This document shows positions 40,610-53,803 of a stretch of 64,000 nt of DNA, piece by piece (the first letter of the stretch is position 1; every line of letters starts with the position of its first letter). The DNA comes from Vicugna vicugna. Its lineage: Eukaryota. The notes beneath the pieces are model-generated. The model made no database searches, was not told the DNA's origin, and was given only the letters and a program-made list of their open reading frames with translations. Both the position numbers and the translations under genes were made by a program. The DNA is taken from assembly GCA_013265495.1 (NCBI GenBank), contig MU058423.1, forward strand, positions 2,433,061 to 2,497,060, given 5' to 3'.

Positions 40610-41629
40610 GTAGGGGCTGGTGCTTGGGGAGGGGCACTCATTTTCCCCTCTTTGTCTTCCGGATGGAGAAGCAGGAAGTGTTGCAGCCTGAGGGGTGGAG
40701 CTGGGGAGAGGGAACAGGCTCTTAGCACCCCTTACCCTTGCAGGGGAAAGGGGTCCTCCCAAACAAGGAAAACAGAGACCCAGCCGCCTCCCTTAACTGT
40801 TTACTAGCAACTCATTTCCCCAACACTGAGTCATCTTATCAGATCCTCTGCTATTTTCATAACAGTACTAATAACAGGGGTGTGGGCTTCTCTCTGACAC
40901 TTTGCCCGGGATATTCCAGGGTTTCTGTACAACTCAGATGCGCCACGCAGAGGCAAGGACGCCCATGAAACTGACACCTTATTCATGATGCATACGCCCC
41001 TCATTAAAATGACACATACACTTGACCCACACGCTCAGCCAAGTCCTGCCGCACCCTGCACATACGCACACACCGCATTTACCTCCATTCCGTTTCAACA
41101 TAGATGTATTCTAGACCCCTCTGTGCCAGGAAGGCACGGGGGGGGGGACAGCGGTGGCAAGATAAGTCTGCCTCAGGAGGCACCGCCCAGTGACAGAGAC
41201 ACACAATTAAACCGCTGAAGCATGGAGTTTGCAGTCAGACACAGCTGGGTTCATTCTCTATCAAATACTTGAGCCGTCAGTCCTGTTACCCTCTTTGAAC
41301 CTCAGCTTCCTCATCGGGTAAATGGAACATACAGCAGCCACCCAACAAGGTCGTTTTGAGGATTAAATGAATTGGTGGAGGTCAAGTCTGTAGAAAAGTG
41401 CTGAGCACACAGAGCTAAAGAAGTATAAGCAATGATAGTGCAAATTAAACTCTACAATGTTTATAAGGGGCCTGGCACCAGGCTCACAGCACTAACCAGG
41501 GTAGTTGTTGTTAGAGACGAAGGTACAAGATTTGGCCTGGCACTGGGGGGGCGGGCAGGGTGGAGTCGGGTAATCAAGGAGAGCTTCACTGAGGCAGTGA
41601 TCCTTGAGCTGGAATCTGTTTGTTTATTT

Positions 41630-42668
41630 AGATTCATTTGCTACTGAGGTAACCTTGGTTTATAACATTATGTGAGTTTCATGTGTACAGCACTACGTTT
41701 CTACTTCTGTATACCCTCCAGCGTGCTCGCCACCAAAAGTTTATAGTTTCCATCCGTCACCATATAGATGATCCCTTTTACCCATTTTGCCCTTCCCCTC
41801 TGGTAACCACTACTTTGTTCTCTGTATCTACGTTTTTATGTGATTTGGTTTGTTCATTTATTTTAGTTTTTTTGTTTGTTTTTTATATTCTACATATGAG
41901 CAGAATCATACAATATTTGTCTTTCTCTGCCTGGCTTATTTCATTTAGCATAATACCTGCAAGGTCCATCCATGTTGTCAAAAATGGCAAGATTTCATTT
42001 TTTTTTATGGCTGACTGGTATTCTATTGAATATACCACATCTTCCTTATCCATCCAACTTGGGTTGTTTCCATATTTTGGGAATTGAAAATAATGCCAAG
42101 ATGAGCGTAGGGGTGGATATATCTTTCTCAATTAGTGTTTTCATATTCTTTGGATAAATAACCAAACATGGGATTGCTGGATCATATGATAGTTCAATTC
42201 TTAACTTTCTGAGGAATCTCCATACTGTTTCCCACAGTAGCGGCACCAATTTACATTCCCATCAACAGTGCACAAGGGTTCCCTTTTCTTTACATCTTCA
42301 CCAAAACTTGTTATTTCTTAACTTTTTGATGAAAGCCATTCTGACAGCTGTGAAGTGATACCTCATCGTAATTTTGACTTGCCACTTTTTTTTATTATTG
42401 AAGTATAGTCAGTTACAATGTGTCACTCTCTGATATACAGCATAATGTCCCAGTCATACATATACATACATATATTTGTTTCCGTATTCTTTTCTATTAA
42501 AGGTTATTATAAGACATTGAATATAGTTTCCCGTGATATTCAGAAAAACATTTTTAATCTGTTTTTATACATAATGACTTGCCACTCTTGCCCTAGTAAT
42601 TAGTGATGTTAAACATCTTTTTACGTGCCTGTTGGCCATCTGCATGTCTTCTTTGGCAAAATGTCTGT
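41630..42668 (-). mobile_element. L1 3' fragment in EPS8L3 intron 1 containing a nested younger L1 stub (42387-42574)
   Basis: Minus-strand ORFs give L1 ORF2 C-terminal motifs ([53 protein letters not shown]). The nested stub is flanked by a 12-bp TSD TGACTTGCCACT (42375-42386 / 42575-42586). Confidence 0.85.
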
Positions 42669-43388
42669 TACTATGAGCTGGAATTTAAAGGGTTGGGTGG
42701 GAAGGGACTCTGGGCAGAAGGTTCAGAGTATGGAAAGGGAAAGAGAGAGAAGATTTGGTAAGACATTTGGGGGAGGGCAGATCACTCACACATCCTACAG
42801 AGCCCCATCATAAATATGAATACACAAATGTGTGCAGGTGCACACACTTACATCCCCCCTGAGCAGGTTCCCAGCACAAGAGCCAACATTGGCCACTTCT
42901 CAATTTGCAGAATTGAAACAGGCTTGGACAAGAGGCTTGCTTCGTCAGGGAAGGCTGCCGAACTTAATACCTTCCCTCTAGAAGCTCAGCACACCCATCT
43001 GGCATCTTTTACACTCAGGCCCAGGACAGGATCTAGTCCCAGTGCCTGTCCACACAGCTTCCACAGTCCCATCGGAATGAGCTTTATTGGCCAAATAATG
43101 GGAGGCTGGGAGCCTGTCTGGGGCTCTCCCAGGCCCAGCCAAGATGGAGGGCTTCTCAGCGGAGGGTACAGCTGGAGATGGATCCAGAAAGACCCCTGGA
43201 GCCGGGAGCTTTGGGAGTGGTCTTGGAGGCCCCAGGTCAGCACCTGGTCCAAGCCTAGGCTGAAGTCAGGGGCGGGCTGTGATCACAGCTCTCCGGCCTG
43301 GCTCTGCCCTGGCATCCCTCGCCGCAGCCCTGACGGCTCTCTCTCCCATTCAGTCTGGGTTCTAGGGAGACATCTCAGCAGCGTCAAC

Positions 43389-46300
43389 ATGTCCCGGCCC
43401 AGCAGCAGAGCCATTTACCGTAAGCTCTCCCTCCAGTGCCCTCTCCCCTTCCCTCCCACTGAACTCCCGAACCCCCTGCTCTCCGATCTCTCTCCCCATG
43501 CCAACCACCCCCTACAGTTGTGTATGTCTCACCTCGTCCTTTGGCCCCCACCCACTTGCTCTGTGCCATGGCAGTGCACCGGAAGGAGTACTTACAGAGC
43601 CTCGCCTCGGAGCCCGCCTATCTGCAGCACAGGGTGGAGGTGAGTAACCCTGAGGTCCCAGACCATTTCCCAATTCAACCCAAGTTCTCCCATGTGCCCA
43701 CCGCCCTGACAAAAAAAAAAACAGATGTCTTAGACAAGACTGCCACTGGAGCCAACAGCCTGACCCAAGCTAGATCAGGTGGGCTTGGGCCCCATGAGTC
43801 TAACTGAGCATCTGCTAAGCACAGGGAGGTGGGGATGGGGCCGGTAGGAAGACAAGGCAACTGGGCATTGGCAGAGGCCAGCCTAGAGGTTCAGCCGGGG
43901 AATGTCCTAACCCCAGACAGGGACAAGTAGCTGAGGGATGGGTCCAGAGGCACCTGCCACCACCCCCGCCTGTCTCCAGGCCCACTCCCTGCCCCAGGAA
44001 CTGCTCTTTGCCCGGGATCTGGCACAGCTGTAGGAAGGAATGTGTGAGGTCAGCGGTCCCTGCGAGAACTTGAAAGGACTGCCATCCGAGAGGGGAGGTG
44101 TCTGGGCCTAAGCTCCCAGGGCAGGCTTGAGCAGCTTGGAGGCTGGAATGGAGGCTCTGGCCCTGCCTGGGAGAACAACATTGGCACTGCCAGATCGAGT
44201 TGCCTGAAGCGACGTTGACACCACAGTGAAAGCTCAGACTGGGTGTGGCAGGAAAGAGCAGTCACATGGTCAGGCTGAAGATCTTGGGGAGAAGCCACTC
44301 CTGGGCAGCAGCAGATTTAGGGCTCTCGTGGAGAAGCCAGGAGGGATGCTGGAGCAATGGTCTGGAGGCCCCAGAGGACAGCAGAGTCAGACTCCACTAG
44401 CCAGCTGGGTTGGGGCCAGGAGCACCAGGCTTCCTGGAGGAGGTGGGGGTTGGGAATTGACTTCATTTATGTCCAGCAGGCAAGAGCAAGAGCTGGCATC
44501 TTCAGGATGCCAGGTCATTTGCTCAGGATGTCAGGGGCCCCTGAACATGCCAGTTGTGTGAACTGGGAGCTTTGCAGAGGACAGGGTGGTGGGATCAAGG
44601 GGCATAAGGCAGACCACATCCTCCCAGTAAGGGCCTGGAGGGGAGAGCGAGGGGCAGAACTGCGACTTGTGAAGGCAGCATTTGGATGGGAGAAGGGAAG
44701 GGTCTCCTGCAGGTGGGAGAATAGCAGCAAAACCTGCTGGAATGATCAGACTAGCAGGGGACAAGGGCCTCTAGCAGGGGACAAGGGCCTGCGTGGAGAC
44801 TGAGGTCAGTATGGACCTCTCCGGGCAGGAATCAGGGAGGGGAGGGGGCTTGACTTCTTCCTGAGGGGCTGGGAAGTGATCGATTAGCAGAAGTGGGAAA
44901 CACATTCTGGGCATGGGGAACAGCATGAGCAAAGGCATGGAGACTAGAACGTAAGATTAGTGAGGACCAGGCTGGAATGGTGATTCCCAAAGAGGGCCAA
45001 GGAATCAGGGGACAGAATTTGAGCATCCTATATCCTACCCAGTTCAGACTTCATTGGTTGGGTAACTGAATCCCACATCTACCACCACGTAGCCTTCAAC
45101 TGGCCTGGACTGTTAAAGACCATGACTGTCCTCCCTCCAGAGTCCTAAACCCCCTCCTGTTATAGCCCATCAGCCTCTGACTTGGAGGCCCCATCCTAGC
45201 CTGACCGTCTCTGGTCCTCACATTGGCCCTTGAAGCCTGCTTTATGGGGATTGCCTGTGACCTTCCCCACAAGGGTACCAGGGACATGTCTTCCTCCTCT
45301 GCTGCCTTTCCCTCACCCCAACCTGTGATGCCCCCTTTCCAAACTTTCTCCCAGTCCTGGGTCTCCTCCTCTCCCCTCAGCACCTGATGACATGTAAGCT
45401 GGGGACTCAGAGAGTCCAGGAACCCAAGGATGCCCTGCAGAAGCTGCAAGAGTTGGATGCTCAGGGCCGGGTGTGGAGTCAGGACTTGCTTCTGCAGGTC
45501 AGGGATGGCTGGCTTCAGCTGCTGGACATCGAGACAAAGGTCAGCCTCCCACCATTTCCCACAAAGGGTCATAGCTAACCTAGCCTGTACACCGGGCATG
45601 AATGCCATCCCCCCACGCCCCACCTGGCAGCCACCCCTCCCCATAGACAATACCCACCCCACATACCCAGGACTAGGAAGAAACCGAAACAAGGATCGGG
45701 GAGATGACACCTCACCCTGGGCCACTAGAAGGATGGGGCAACCCAGGTCAGGAGCCACCCTGGCTCTCAGTGACCTCACAGCCAAACTCTCTGCCTGGTC
45801 CAGGAGGACCTGGAGTCTTACCGCCTGGATAGCATCCAGGTCATGGACGTGGCGCTCAACACCTGCTCCTACAACTCTGTCCTGTCCATCACCGTGAAGG
45901 ATTCAGGCCTACGAGGCACCAGCACTCTGCTCTTCCAGTGCCAGGAAGTGGGGGTGAGTGGCCAAGGCTGGGGTTGGGGACAGAGTGGGTGTGGGATCCA
46001 ACGACCATCACCCCACCCCCCCACCACTGCCTGAAAACTGTTTCCTCCAGGCAGAGCGACTGCAGACCAGCCTGCAGAAGGCTCTGGAGGAGGAACTAGA
46101 GCAAAGGTAGGCAGCCTCTGCCTAGCCCACCCGCAGGACCTCAGAGCTCAGGCCTGGATGGGCCAGACCCTGTCCCACATCTAGGGGAGTCCAGAGCCTG
46201 TGGTCCAATAATGTAGGCATTGACCTGGGGAGGGGCCAGGCTGGAGCCAGAGCACAGATGGGCGTGGGGAAGGGCTAGGGCTTGGGCTAAGCCCAAGCAA

Positions 46301-49300
46301 CACTGGAAACTGCCCCCAGAGACTGACATGGGACCAATGGGTCCCAGAGAGCAGTAGGTGAGACAGGGGAGAGTCAGAGAAGGGTTCAGATGGAGATCAG
46401 GGAGCAGGGCTGGTGGGGCTCCTCGGTCCTGAGTCAGAAGTGTGGGCAGAGCCTCTGTTCTAAGAACTTTATCAAGGCTGTATCCCCACCATGTGCTCAG
46501 CAGACCACGATTTGGAGCCCTTCGCCCAGGCCAGGACAGATGGAGAGGGCCTCCTCTGGAAAGGCCACTCCCTAAGGAGCAGGTACCCACTCCAGAGCAG
46601 GCGCCCCTTCCGGAATGGCCCTATTGGATGACCCCAGAGCATAGTAAGTTTGGGCGTGGGAGCCGGTGGGAGGAGAGGGTTCTAATCAAAGAGCAAAGAG
46701 GCTCTGGGCCATGGTCCCCTTCCACTGCAGGCATCCCCCCATCCCCAAAGCCCCTGCCACACCGCTCCAGCGGCAGAGAGCTCAGCGCCTTCACTCTGCC
46801 TCCTCCGAAGCGGTCCTCATCCCCCGAGGACCCAGAATCGGATAAGGTAACTATAGATTGTCTTGGGCTTGCTGAGGACTGGCTGAAGGACACTAGTCGT
46901 CCCTCACACCCCAAGAAACCAGGTCCCAGGACAGCCAAGGCAGGCCCTGGGCTGAGGAGGGACACAGAAGCTTGGTCAGACCCTGAGCTGGGTCTGAAGC
47001 GCAGGCCTGTGGTTGGGAGGGGCAGGGTGGGGTTGTGAGTTCCAGGGTGGGCATAACTGCCCACTCAGGCCATGGGTTGTTGGGGTCCAGGAGGTGCTGG
47101 ACCATCTCCTAAGGGATATCGAGCTGTTTGTGGGAAAGCTGAAGGAGGCCCAGTCAAAGACCAGTCGTAAGAAGAAGAGACTGGGGAGAAAAAAGAAGAA
47201 GAATCAGGCAGGTGAGTGCTGAGGGCAGGGGAGGGGTAGGGGAGAGTCTTTGGATGATCTGTGACCCACCACCTTCTCTCTTTTCTCTGTAGGGATAACA
47301 GAGGCACATTACATCGACTGCTTCCAGAAGATCAAGTACAGCTTCAACCTCCTGGTATGTGGCTTCCCAGCCCCTTTGCCTGCTCTCCCCCCTCCCCAAC
47401 TCTGCTCCCCGTCCCCCTCCCTCTCCCAGCAGGCCCCTCCTCTCTGGTCTCATGGACATCCCAAGCTCCTCTAGTTTCTTCCTCTGGAACCCTCCCTCCC
47501 CACTCTTGGGACTTTTGGAGAATATTAGGCTCCCAACCAGGGCCCAGAACAATTTTGGGACCCTGGGGTCCTGGTGAAGCTTGGGTGGGAGGAAGGGTGG
47601 TGACAGGGTTCACCCTGTGTACCTAGGGGAATCTGGCCATCAGACTGCAGGAGACAAGTGCCCCTGAGTTCGTGCACATCCTCTTCCAAATTCTGAATTC
47701 CGTGAGTTGGGCAAGGCCAGGGTGGTAAAGAGGGACATGCTGAAACTAAGATGGGACAGAGGCTGGGGGGTAGGCAGGGGGCAGAGGGAGGCTATGGGTC
47801 TGCCCCTTGCTCACCCGAATACACACTGGTTTTTGACCCCAAGACACCATATCCACTGTGCATAGCACCCCTTCAGCAGACTAGACAGGCCAGGGTTGGA
47901 GCCAAGGGCACCAGTGGGGAGGAGGTGTACGTGGTAACGTGGCATTGCAAACGTGGGAAGCCAGGGACCCTGGGCCCTTTCCTATTCCCATTTGGCCCTG
48001 TGGGAGCCTAGGCTTCCAGACACCTTCCATCCCTCCCCTAGATCCTGGCCCAGTGCCCTGAACCTAACTTAGCAACCCAAGTGATCTCGCCGCTCCTCAC
48101 CACCAAAGCCATTGACCTGCTGCAGTCCTGTCTAAGCCCACCTGAGAGGAAACTCTGGGAGGGGCTGGGAGTGGCCTGGACCACCAGCCGGTGAGTGACG
48201 ACAAGGCCTGAATGAATCGGGGGCAAGCGGCATAGGGGCATAGGGCAGGACATCAGAGGTGGCAGGCTCTACATTGTATCGCAACACAAACAGAAATTCT
48301 GTACCCATTAAACAGCCAAACAAAACTCAGCCCATTCCTCCCTCTCCCCGGCCCCTGGTAACTTCTAGTCTATGAAATATCTCAAAACAAGTTGGGGGAC
48401 TCCACCTGGAGTTCCCAACTTTTTATTAAGCTAAATATAAACAATTTAATTCCCACCACCGAAGGAAAGCATTACCTCAGGAAAAAAGAGCAATCCGTCC
48501 CAAGAGGGGAGAGTTGGCAACCTTCTACTAAAATATTTTCTCATTTTGTCAAGGACAAAGTGAAAACTTTGTCTCGGTCCAGTTCAGATCTTAAGAATTA
48601 CTGACGTAAGAGATGCTGCAAATATAACATCAATAAAGAGTCACAACCAACCAGCCGAGGAGCTGAGAGAGAAAGAGATATTGTTCCACGTGGGTGTAAC
48701 CGTGAGATGGGCAGCCAGGCAGCGAGCCCCACTGATGGGAGACGTGGCGGGTGGAGGGGGATGAAACCAATTTGGATGTGCTGAGCTGAGACGTCAGCAG
48801 AACATTCCACAAAGACGGACAGCCTGGCCTTCAGGGGAGAGGTCCGACCTGGCTACATGGGTTTGAGAACAGTCAGTAGAGAGGTGACAGCTGGGGCCAC
48901 CTGGAGGTAAGCACTGCAGTGGGAGCCCCAGAGCTCACTTTAACAAGCACGCTCTGCTCTCCCCATGAGACGGGCCTGGGGAAACTTCTGCATGTAGGTG
49001 GTGAAAGGAAAAGGGGTGAAGGAGGCAAAGAGAAATTCCAGAGTTAAAAGGAGAAGAAAAAAGCAGAAGCATGAAATCCAAAAAAGGGTTTTAGAAAGAG
49101 AAATCAACTGGGAAATAAGTCACTAGTTCTAGAAGTTTTTTTTACCTAATGATTATTTTTTTCCAAGCAGCCCCATTAAAGGATTTTTATGTCCACTCCA
49201 CCTAAAGATATGAATTATAATTTAATGTAATCTATTTCTCTTACTGTGGTAGAATATACATAGGATAAAATTGACCATTCTAACCACTTTTAAGTGTATA

Positions 49301-52300
49301 ATTCAATGACATTAAATACATTAACAAGGTTGTACAACTATCACCACTGTTCATTTCCAGAACTTCTCAGCATCCTAAATAGAAACTCTATATCCATTAA
49401 AAAATTAACCAAAACTCTGTCCCCATTCCTCTCTTTTCCCAGCCCCTGGTCACCTCTATTCTATTTTCTGTCTCTATTTATTATTTTAAATACAAAATTA
49501 AGTCTGATGTACCCTAAGATTTTTTCTAATTTCTTAAAATAACCAAAAAATGAATGAATGAAAAGAAAGACAGAAACAGGAAATAAAATAACTAAAGAGA
49601 TGGAAAAAACCTCGAGAGTTGAATTTCAGGCAAATTAAATTCAGGTGATGATTTTAGGCAAATTGACCCAAGGCTACAAATAACACTAAATTCTGTGGTA
49701 ATCCAGGGGCGTGTAGACCATACAAGGCCATTGGGTTTGGCAATCAGGAGATTATATCAGAACTTTGTGTTTTTTTCAGTGGAGGTACTGGGACTGAACC
49801 CAGGACCTCATGCAGGCATACACACTGGGCACACGCTCTATTACTGACCTATACTCCCCCCTGCCCCAATTAGGACTTCAGAAGAACTAGTTTCAATAGA
49901 GAAACGGCAGAGGTAAAAATCAGCTTGCAAGGCATAATGAAAGAACTAGAATTAAGAAAATATTGGCAGGGCATATGGACATATTCCCAAAAAATCTGAC
50001 AGAGAAGGTAACAAAACAATAGCTTAAAAGGAGTAGTAACAAGGTCAAAGGGAGACTTGAACACATTTTTAGGGCAAAGAAAAGGAGCCAATTTAAAAGA
50101 TTCAGAAGGGGGAATAATTTCTTTGTCCCCACTGCTACATGCTTATTAGCTGCCTCCTCTGTACCATGCACTGTAGTCAGGATACAGCGCTCAAGGAGTT
50201 CAACAGCGTAAGAAACGCAGACGTGTGAGAATCACGAGAGTAGAGCAGGGTGTCTGGAGATCAGCAGCCAGGCGGGGAGGGGACTTCCTCAAGGAGGGGA
50301 GTTGGCGTTCCCCAGGCTGCAAGGGCAGGATAACCCAAGCAGAACAGGGAGGCCACAAATAGCACCACTCCTCCTGGGTCCTGGGCAACGAGGAGGCGGG
50401 GAGGCTGAGAGGCAAGAACCAGCCTGCACGCTAGAGGCAGCCAGAGCGCTCTGCTGTGATCACAAGGCAGAGTTCCCCACACTAGCTGGCTAGAAAGAGA
50501 TCTGCTGCTGGGAAACTAAAAACAAGTTTAGAAAAATACCGCACGGGACCCCTGGGTGGGGTCTTTCAGTCCTACCACTCTGTGGTTCTACTGCTTTAAT
50601 TCAAACCGCCTGGCTCAGTGAGATCCAGTACCCAGCGTGTTTTTATGGTGTTGCTATATCTGCACTCTCACGGGCAGAGGTGAGGCTGGCCCACAGGTCC
50701 CTGCACCGTGGGATTTGTTCATGCTTGGCTCTTCGCTCCTATGTGGGTGTCCCGGAGCCTTTCCTTTGTGCAGGAGGGCCATGTCCTCCATTCTCTAGAA
50801 GACCCCTGGGGCTAAGCCCCATCATCTCCCTCTCCACAGCCTGGCACAGAGTGGACTCAGTTTTGTTCTCTCCCCAGGGCCAACTGGACAGGCAGTGAGC
50901 CCCTGCCCTACAAACCCACATTCTATGATGGTTGGCAGCTTCCAGAACCTTCCTACCAGGTAAGGGGAGCTTAGCACAGAGCCCTACTCAAAACCCTAGT
51001 CTCTGGCTAGTTTCTGCCCTCTCAGTCCGAACCATAGTCACATGACAACTAAGTGGTAGGTGGGTATGTGTGGTGGGCAGACAGGAGAGGGGATATAAGG
51101 CAGCCATGTGCAAGTGGGTCTGGGGTCTCACACCTCACCTCCCGATCACCACGCAGGCTGACATCCTGCTCTTCCTCTGTTTTGCCCCTGCAGGCACACT
51201 CGAGATACCAGGACCCTGATTCCCTCCGGTATGCCCTGGGCTTAGTCAGGACTGTGTGGTTCTGGGCAGGGAGGGACAGGGCTGATCCTGTGGATCTGTG
51301 GATTTGACATCTCACTGCCCCCCGGGCTCTCTTTCGATCCAACACATACATATACAAGTACATCCCTCCCCTACTTTGGATGAAAAGGCATTTTTTTTAC
51401 CTTCCCAGGCTCCAATCCCTTCTTCTCTCAATACTCCCCATACACACCTCTGATTTCCCAGAGTTTGGGTATAAAATGCTCATTTGAGAGCTCAGATACA
51501 GAAAATCCCACTCCCGAAAGAGTCTTCAGAAATCCACATTATTTCAGATCCCTTCTGCCTATAGAAACTCACACTCCAAGCCCAACTAACAATGACCTTC
51601 CATTAAACTCGGTGGAATCCCAAAGTCATCGCCAGACTCCGGGCGGAAGACAGCTGGGGCTCTGGGGCTGAGGCCCCACTCTCCAGCCATCCTGACTCTG
51701 ACTCTGGGGGTGGCGGGATGGGAAGCCCTAGGTTAGGGAGCACCTCACACTTTGCTCAAGAGGAGACAAACAACCATGGCCCCGACCTTGTGCCATCCAG
51801 ACCTGGATCTGTCAAGCCAACCCTGAAAATGCAGGTCCTATATGAGTTTGAAGCTAGGAACCCACAGGAATTGACTGTGGTCCAGGGAGAGGTGCTTGAG
51901 GTGAGGCTGCGGCTTGAGCCAAGAAAAGGACGTGGTGGTTGGTGGGAGCTACCGGGAGCCTGGGGTGGGTGTTCGGGTATGGGGCTGCTGGGGTGGGTGG
52001 CCTAGAGGGGGAAAAGGACTGTGGGGAAGGGCCAGGAGGGAGAAAGCCTGGTGGGGGAGGGGGAAGGCTGACTGGACAGAGGCTCAGGTGACTGATGTAG
52101 TGACTCTCGGCAGATTCTGGACCAGAGCAAGCGGTGGTGGCTGGTGAAGAATGAGATGGGGCAGAGTGGCTACATCCCCAGCAATATCCTGGAGCCCCTA
52201 CAATCGGGGACCCCCAGGAGCCAGAGCGAGTCACCCCTTCAGGTACTACCCAGCAGAGACTATCAGAAGCTACAAGGCCCAAGTCAAAATTAGGGGCAGG

Positions 52301-53509
52301 GAGGATTCAGTGACAAGTGGAGGAGATGGTCCTTGTTCAATTTAATCAGTATTATCGCATGCTTACTGTTTGCCAAGCTTATCATGGGGCCAGGGCAGAG
52401 AAAAAGCCTGCCAGACAAGTAAACCATGGAGTGAGAAAAGGGATTTGATGGAAGCCCAGAGAAGGGACCCAGATGACAGGGGGTTGTGGGTGGCTCTGAG
52501 ATGAGATGGCCTCTGACCCCCAGTTCCCCTGATTCTAGGCTCCAGTGCTTCGACCTAACTCAAGGCCTGAGGAGGTCACTGCCTGGCTGCAAGCAGAGAA
52601 CTTCTCTACTGTGTGAGTGCCTAGACCCACGGGGTGCAACGGGAGAACCTCTGTAAAGGGCTCAGATAATGGCCCAGGAACCCCGGAGACCCAGAACATA
52701 CAACCTGGTCTACACGGTGCAAGAAAGACCCACAGGTGCTACCGTGTGGCAATGCTACCTTGGCTGAGTTAAAGAGAGCAGAAGAGGGGACGAGCCATGC
52801 CTCCATCAGTGCACTAAATTAGGAGCCCAAGCTGTGGGGAAGGGAGCAGGGTTGGAGCCAACCCCAGCTGCCAGACACTCTTCCCCACCACAAGAGTCCC
52901 TTCCAGGGCACCTCTGTCTTCAACCCTAGGAGTTCTGAAATTGGTTTAAGCCAGTTTGTGTATCTTACTCCCTCACCTCCAAATACCCTATTCCACGAAT
53001 TCTCCTATAACCCCAGCCTCCAAGCCCAAACAGCCCCTTCTCCACCCAGATACCCAGGCCTGGGTCCTCCTACCCTACCACTGACAGTTTCTGCTGGGTT
53101 TTTGCCCCCAGCACGGTGAAGACCCTCGGGTCCCTGATGGGGAGCCAGCTGCTTCACATGAGACCCGGGGAGCTACAGATGCTGTGTCCACAGGAGGCCC
53201 CACGGGTCCTGGCACGGTTGGAGGCTGTCAGAAGGACGCTGGGGGTGAGGACACCCTGGGGTCCTGACCCCCCACTGGAAATGTGGGGTGCTTTCTGAAT
53301 GAGAGTGCCAGGCACACAAGCCAGCAGGCCCAACCCTGGGGTGGCACTCAGTGTGGCAGGTCTGGGCACAGGAAAGTCCCCCAGGGGCTTGACTTCATGT
53401 GCTCAGGCACACCTTGAAGCTCACAGCTGATTGTTAGCATGAGCTCTGGGCTCCCTCAACCGGCACCAGCCTCATCCCAATCCTTTTCTTTCCTCAGATG
53501 AGCCCTTAG
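43389..53509 (+). CDS. EPS8L3: Epidermal growth factor receptor kinase substrate 8-like protein 3 (PTB, proline-rich, SH3 and SAM/effector regions); 18 coding exons
   Basis: Hand-spliced GT-AG exons with consistent phases: 43389-43419, 43575-43639, 45381-45539, 45804-45953, 46051-46106, 46501(or 46504)-46643, 46731-46846, 47091-47211, 47293-47354, 47627-47701, 48042-48190, 50878-50959, 51194-51228, 51732(or 51687)-51900, 52114-52242, 52539-52612, 53112-53244, 53498-53509 (MSP-TAG). Translation [85 protein letters not shown]...[52 protein letters not shown] (SH3)...[12 protein letters not shown] is recognisably EPS8L3; no internal stop. Confidence 0.96.
49770..49862 (-). mobile_element. Second, more diverged Vic-like tRNA-derived SINE in an EPS8L3 intron
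   Basis: ggaggtactgggactgaacccaggacctcatgc...tactgacctatactcccc is similar to the copy at 12.1-12.2 kb. Confidence 0.75.
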
Positions 53510-53797
53510 GCACCACCTCAGGCACCTCAAAGACCAAGGCTCTCTCACAAGCAAGATGGTGGATCTGATACTCTTTAGAGCTCTACGAATTCCTCTTTCA
53601 GGTCCCCAGGTTGCAGCAAACCCCATACTCCAGCTCATACAGCAAAGAGGATGAGAGCCTAGAGGCTGAAACAAATGGTGCCCCTTCTCACTGTTGAGAG
53701 CTCTCTCCAGTTACCACCTATTTATTGCATCTTTTTTCTGAGCCTGGAGCACTTATGCCTAGATTTGTCAGGATTCTGTTTAGTCCCTTTCCTCCCC

Positions 53798-53803
53798 AAT
53801 AAA
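53798..53803 (+). promoter_or_regulatory. Polyadenylation signal of EPS8L3
   Basis: AATAAA ~290 nt after the TAG stop, followed by GT/T-rich sequence (gtttgtcgtgtgcttctc). Confidence 0.8.

Noticed and set aside
42816..43643. 275-aa ORF in frame with the EPS8L3 start (possible N-terminal extension)
   Set aside because: Only the 10 codons [10 protein letters not shown] are real exon. The rest is intronic, and splice signals flank the short exon.
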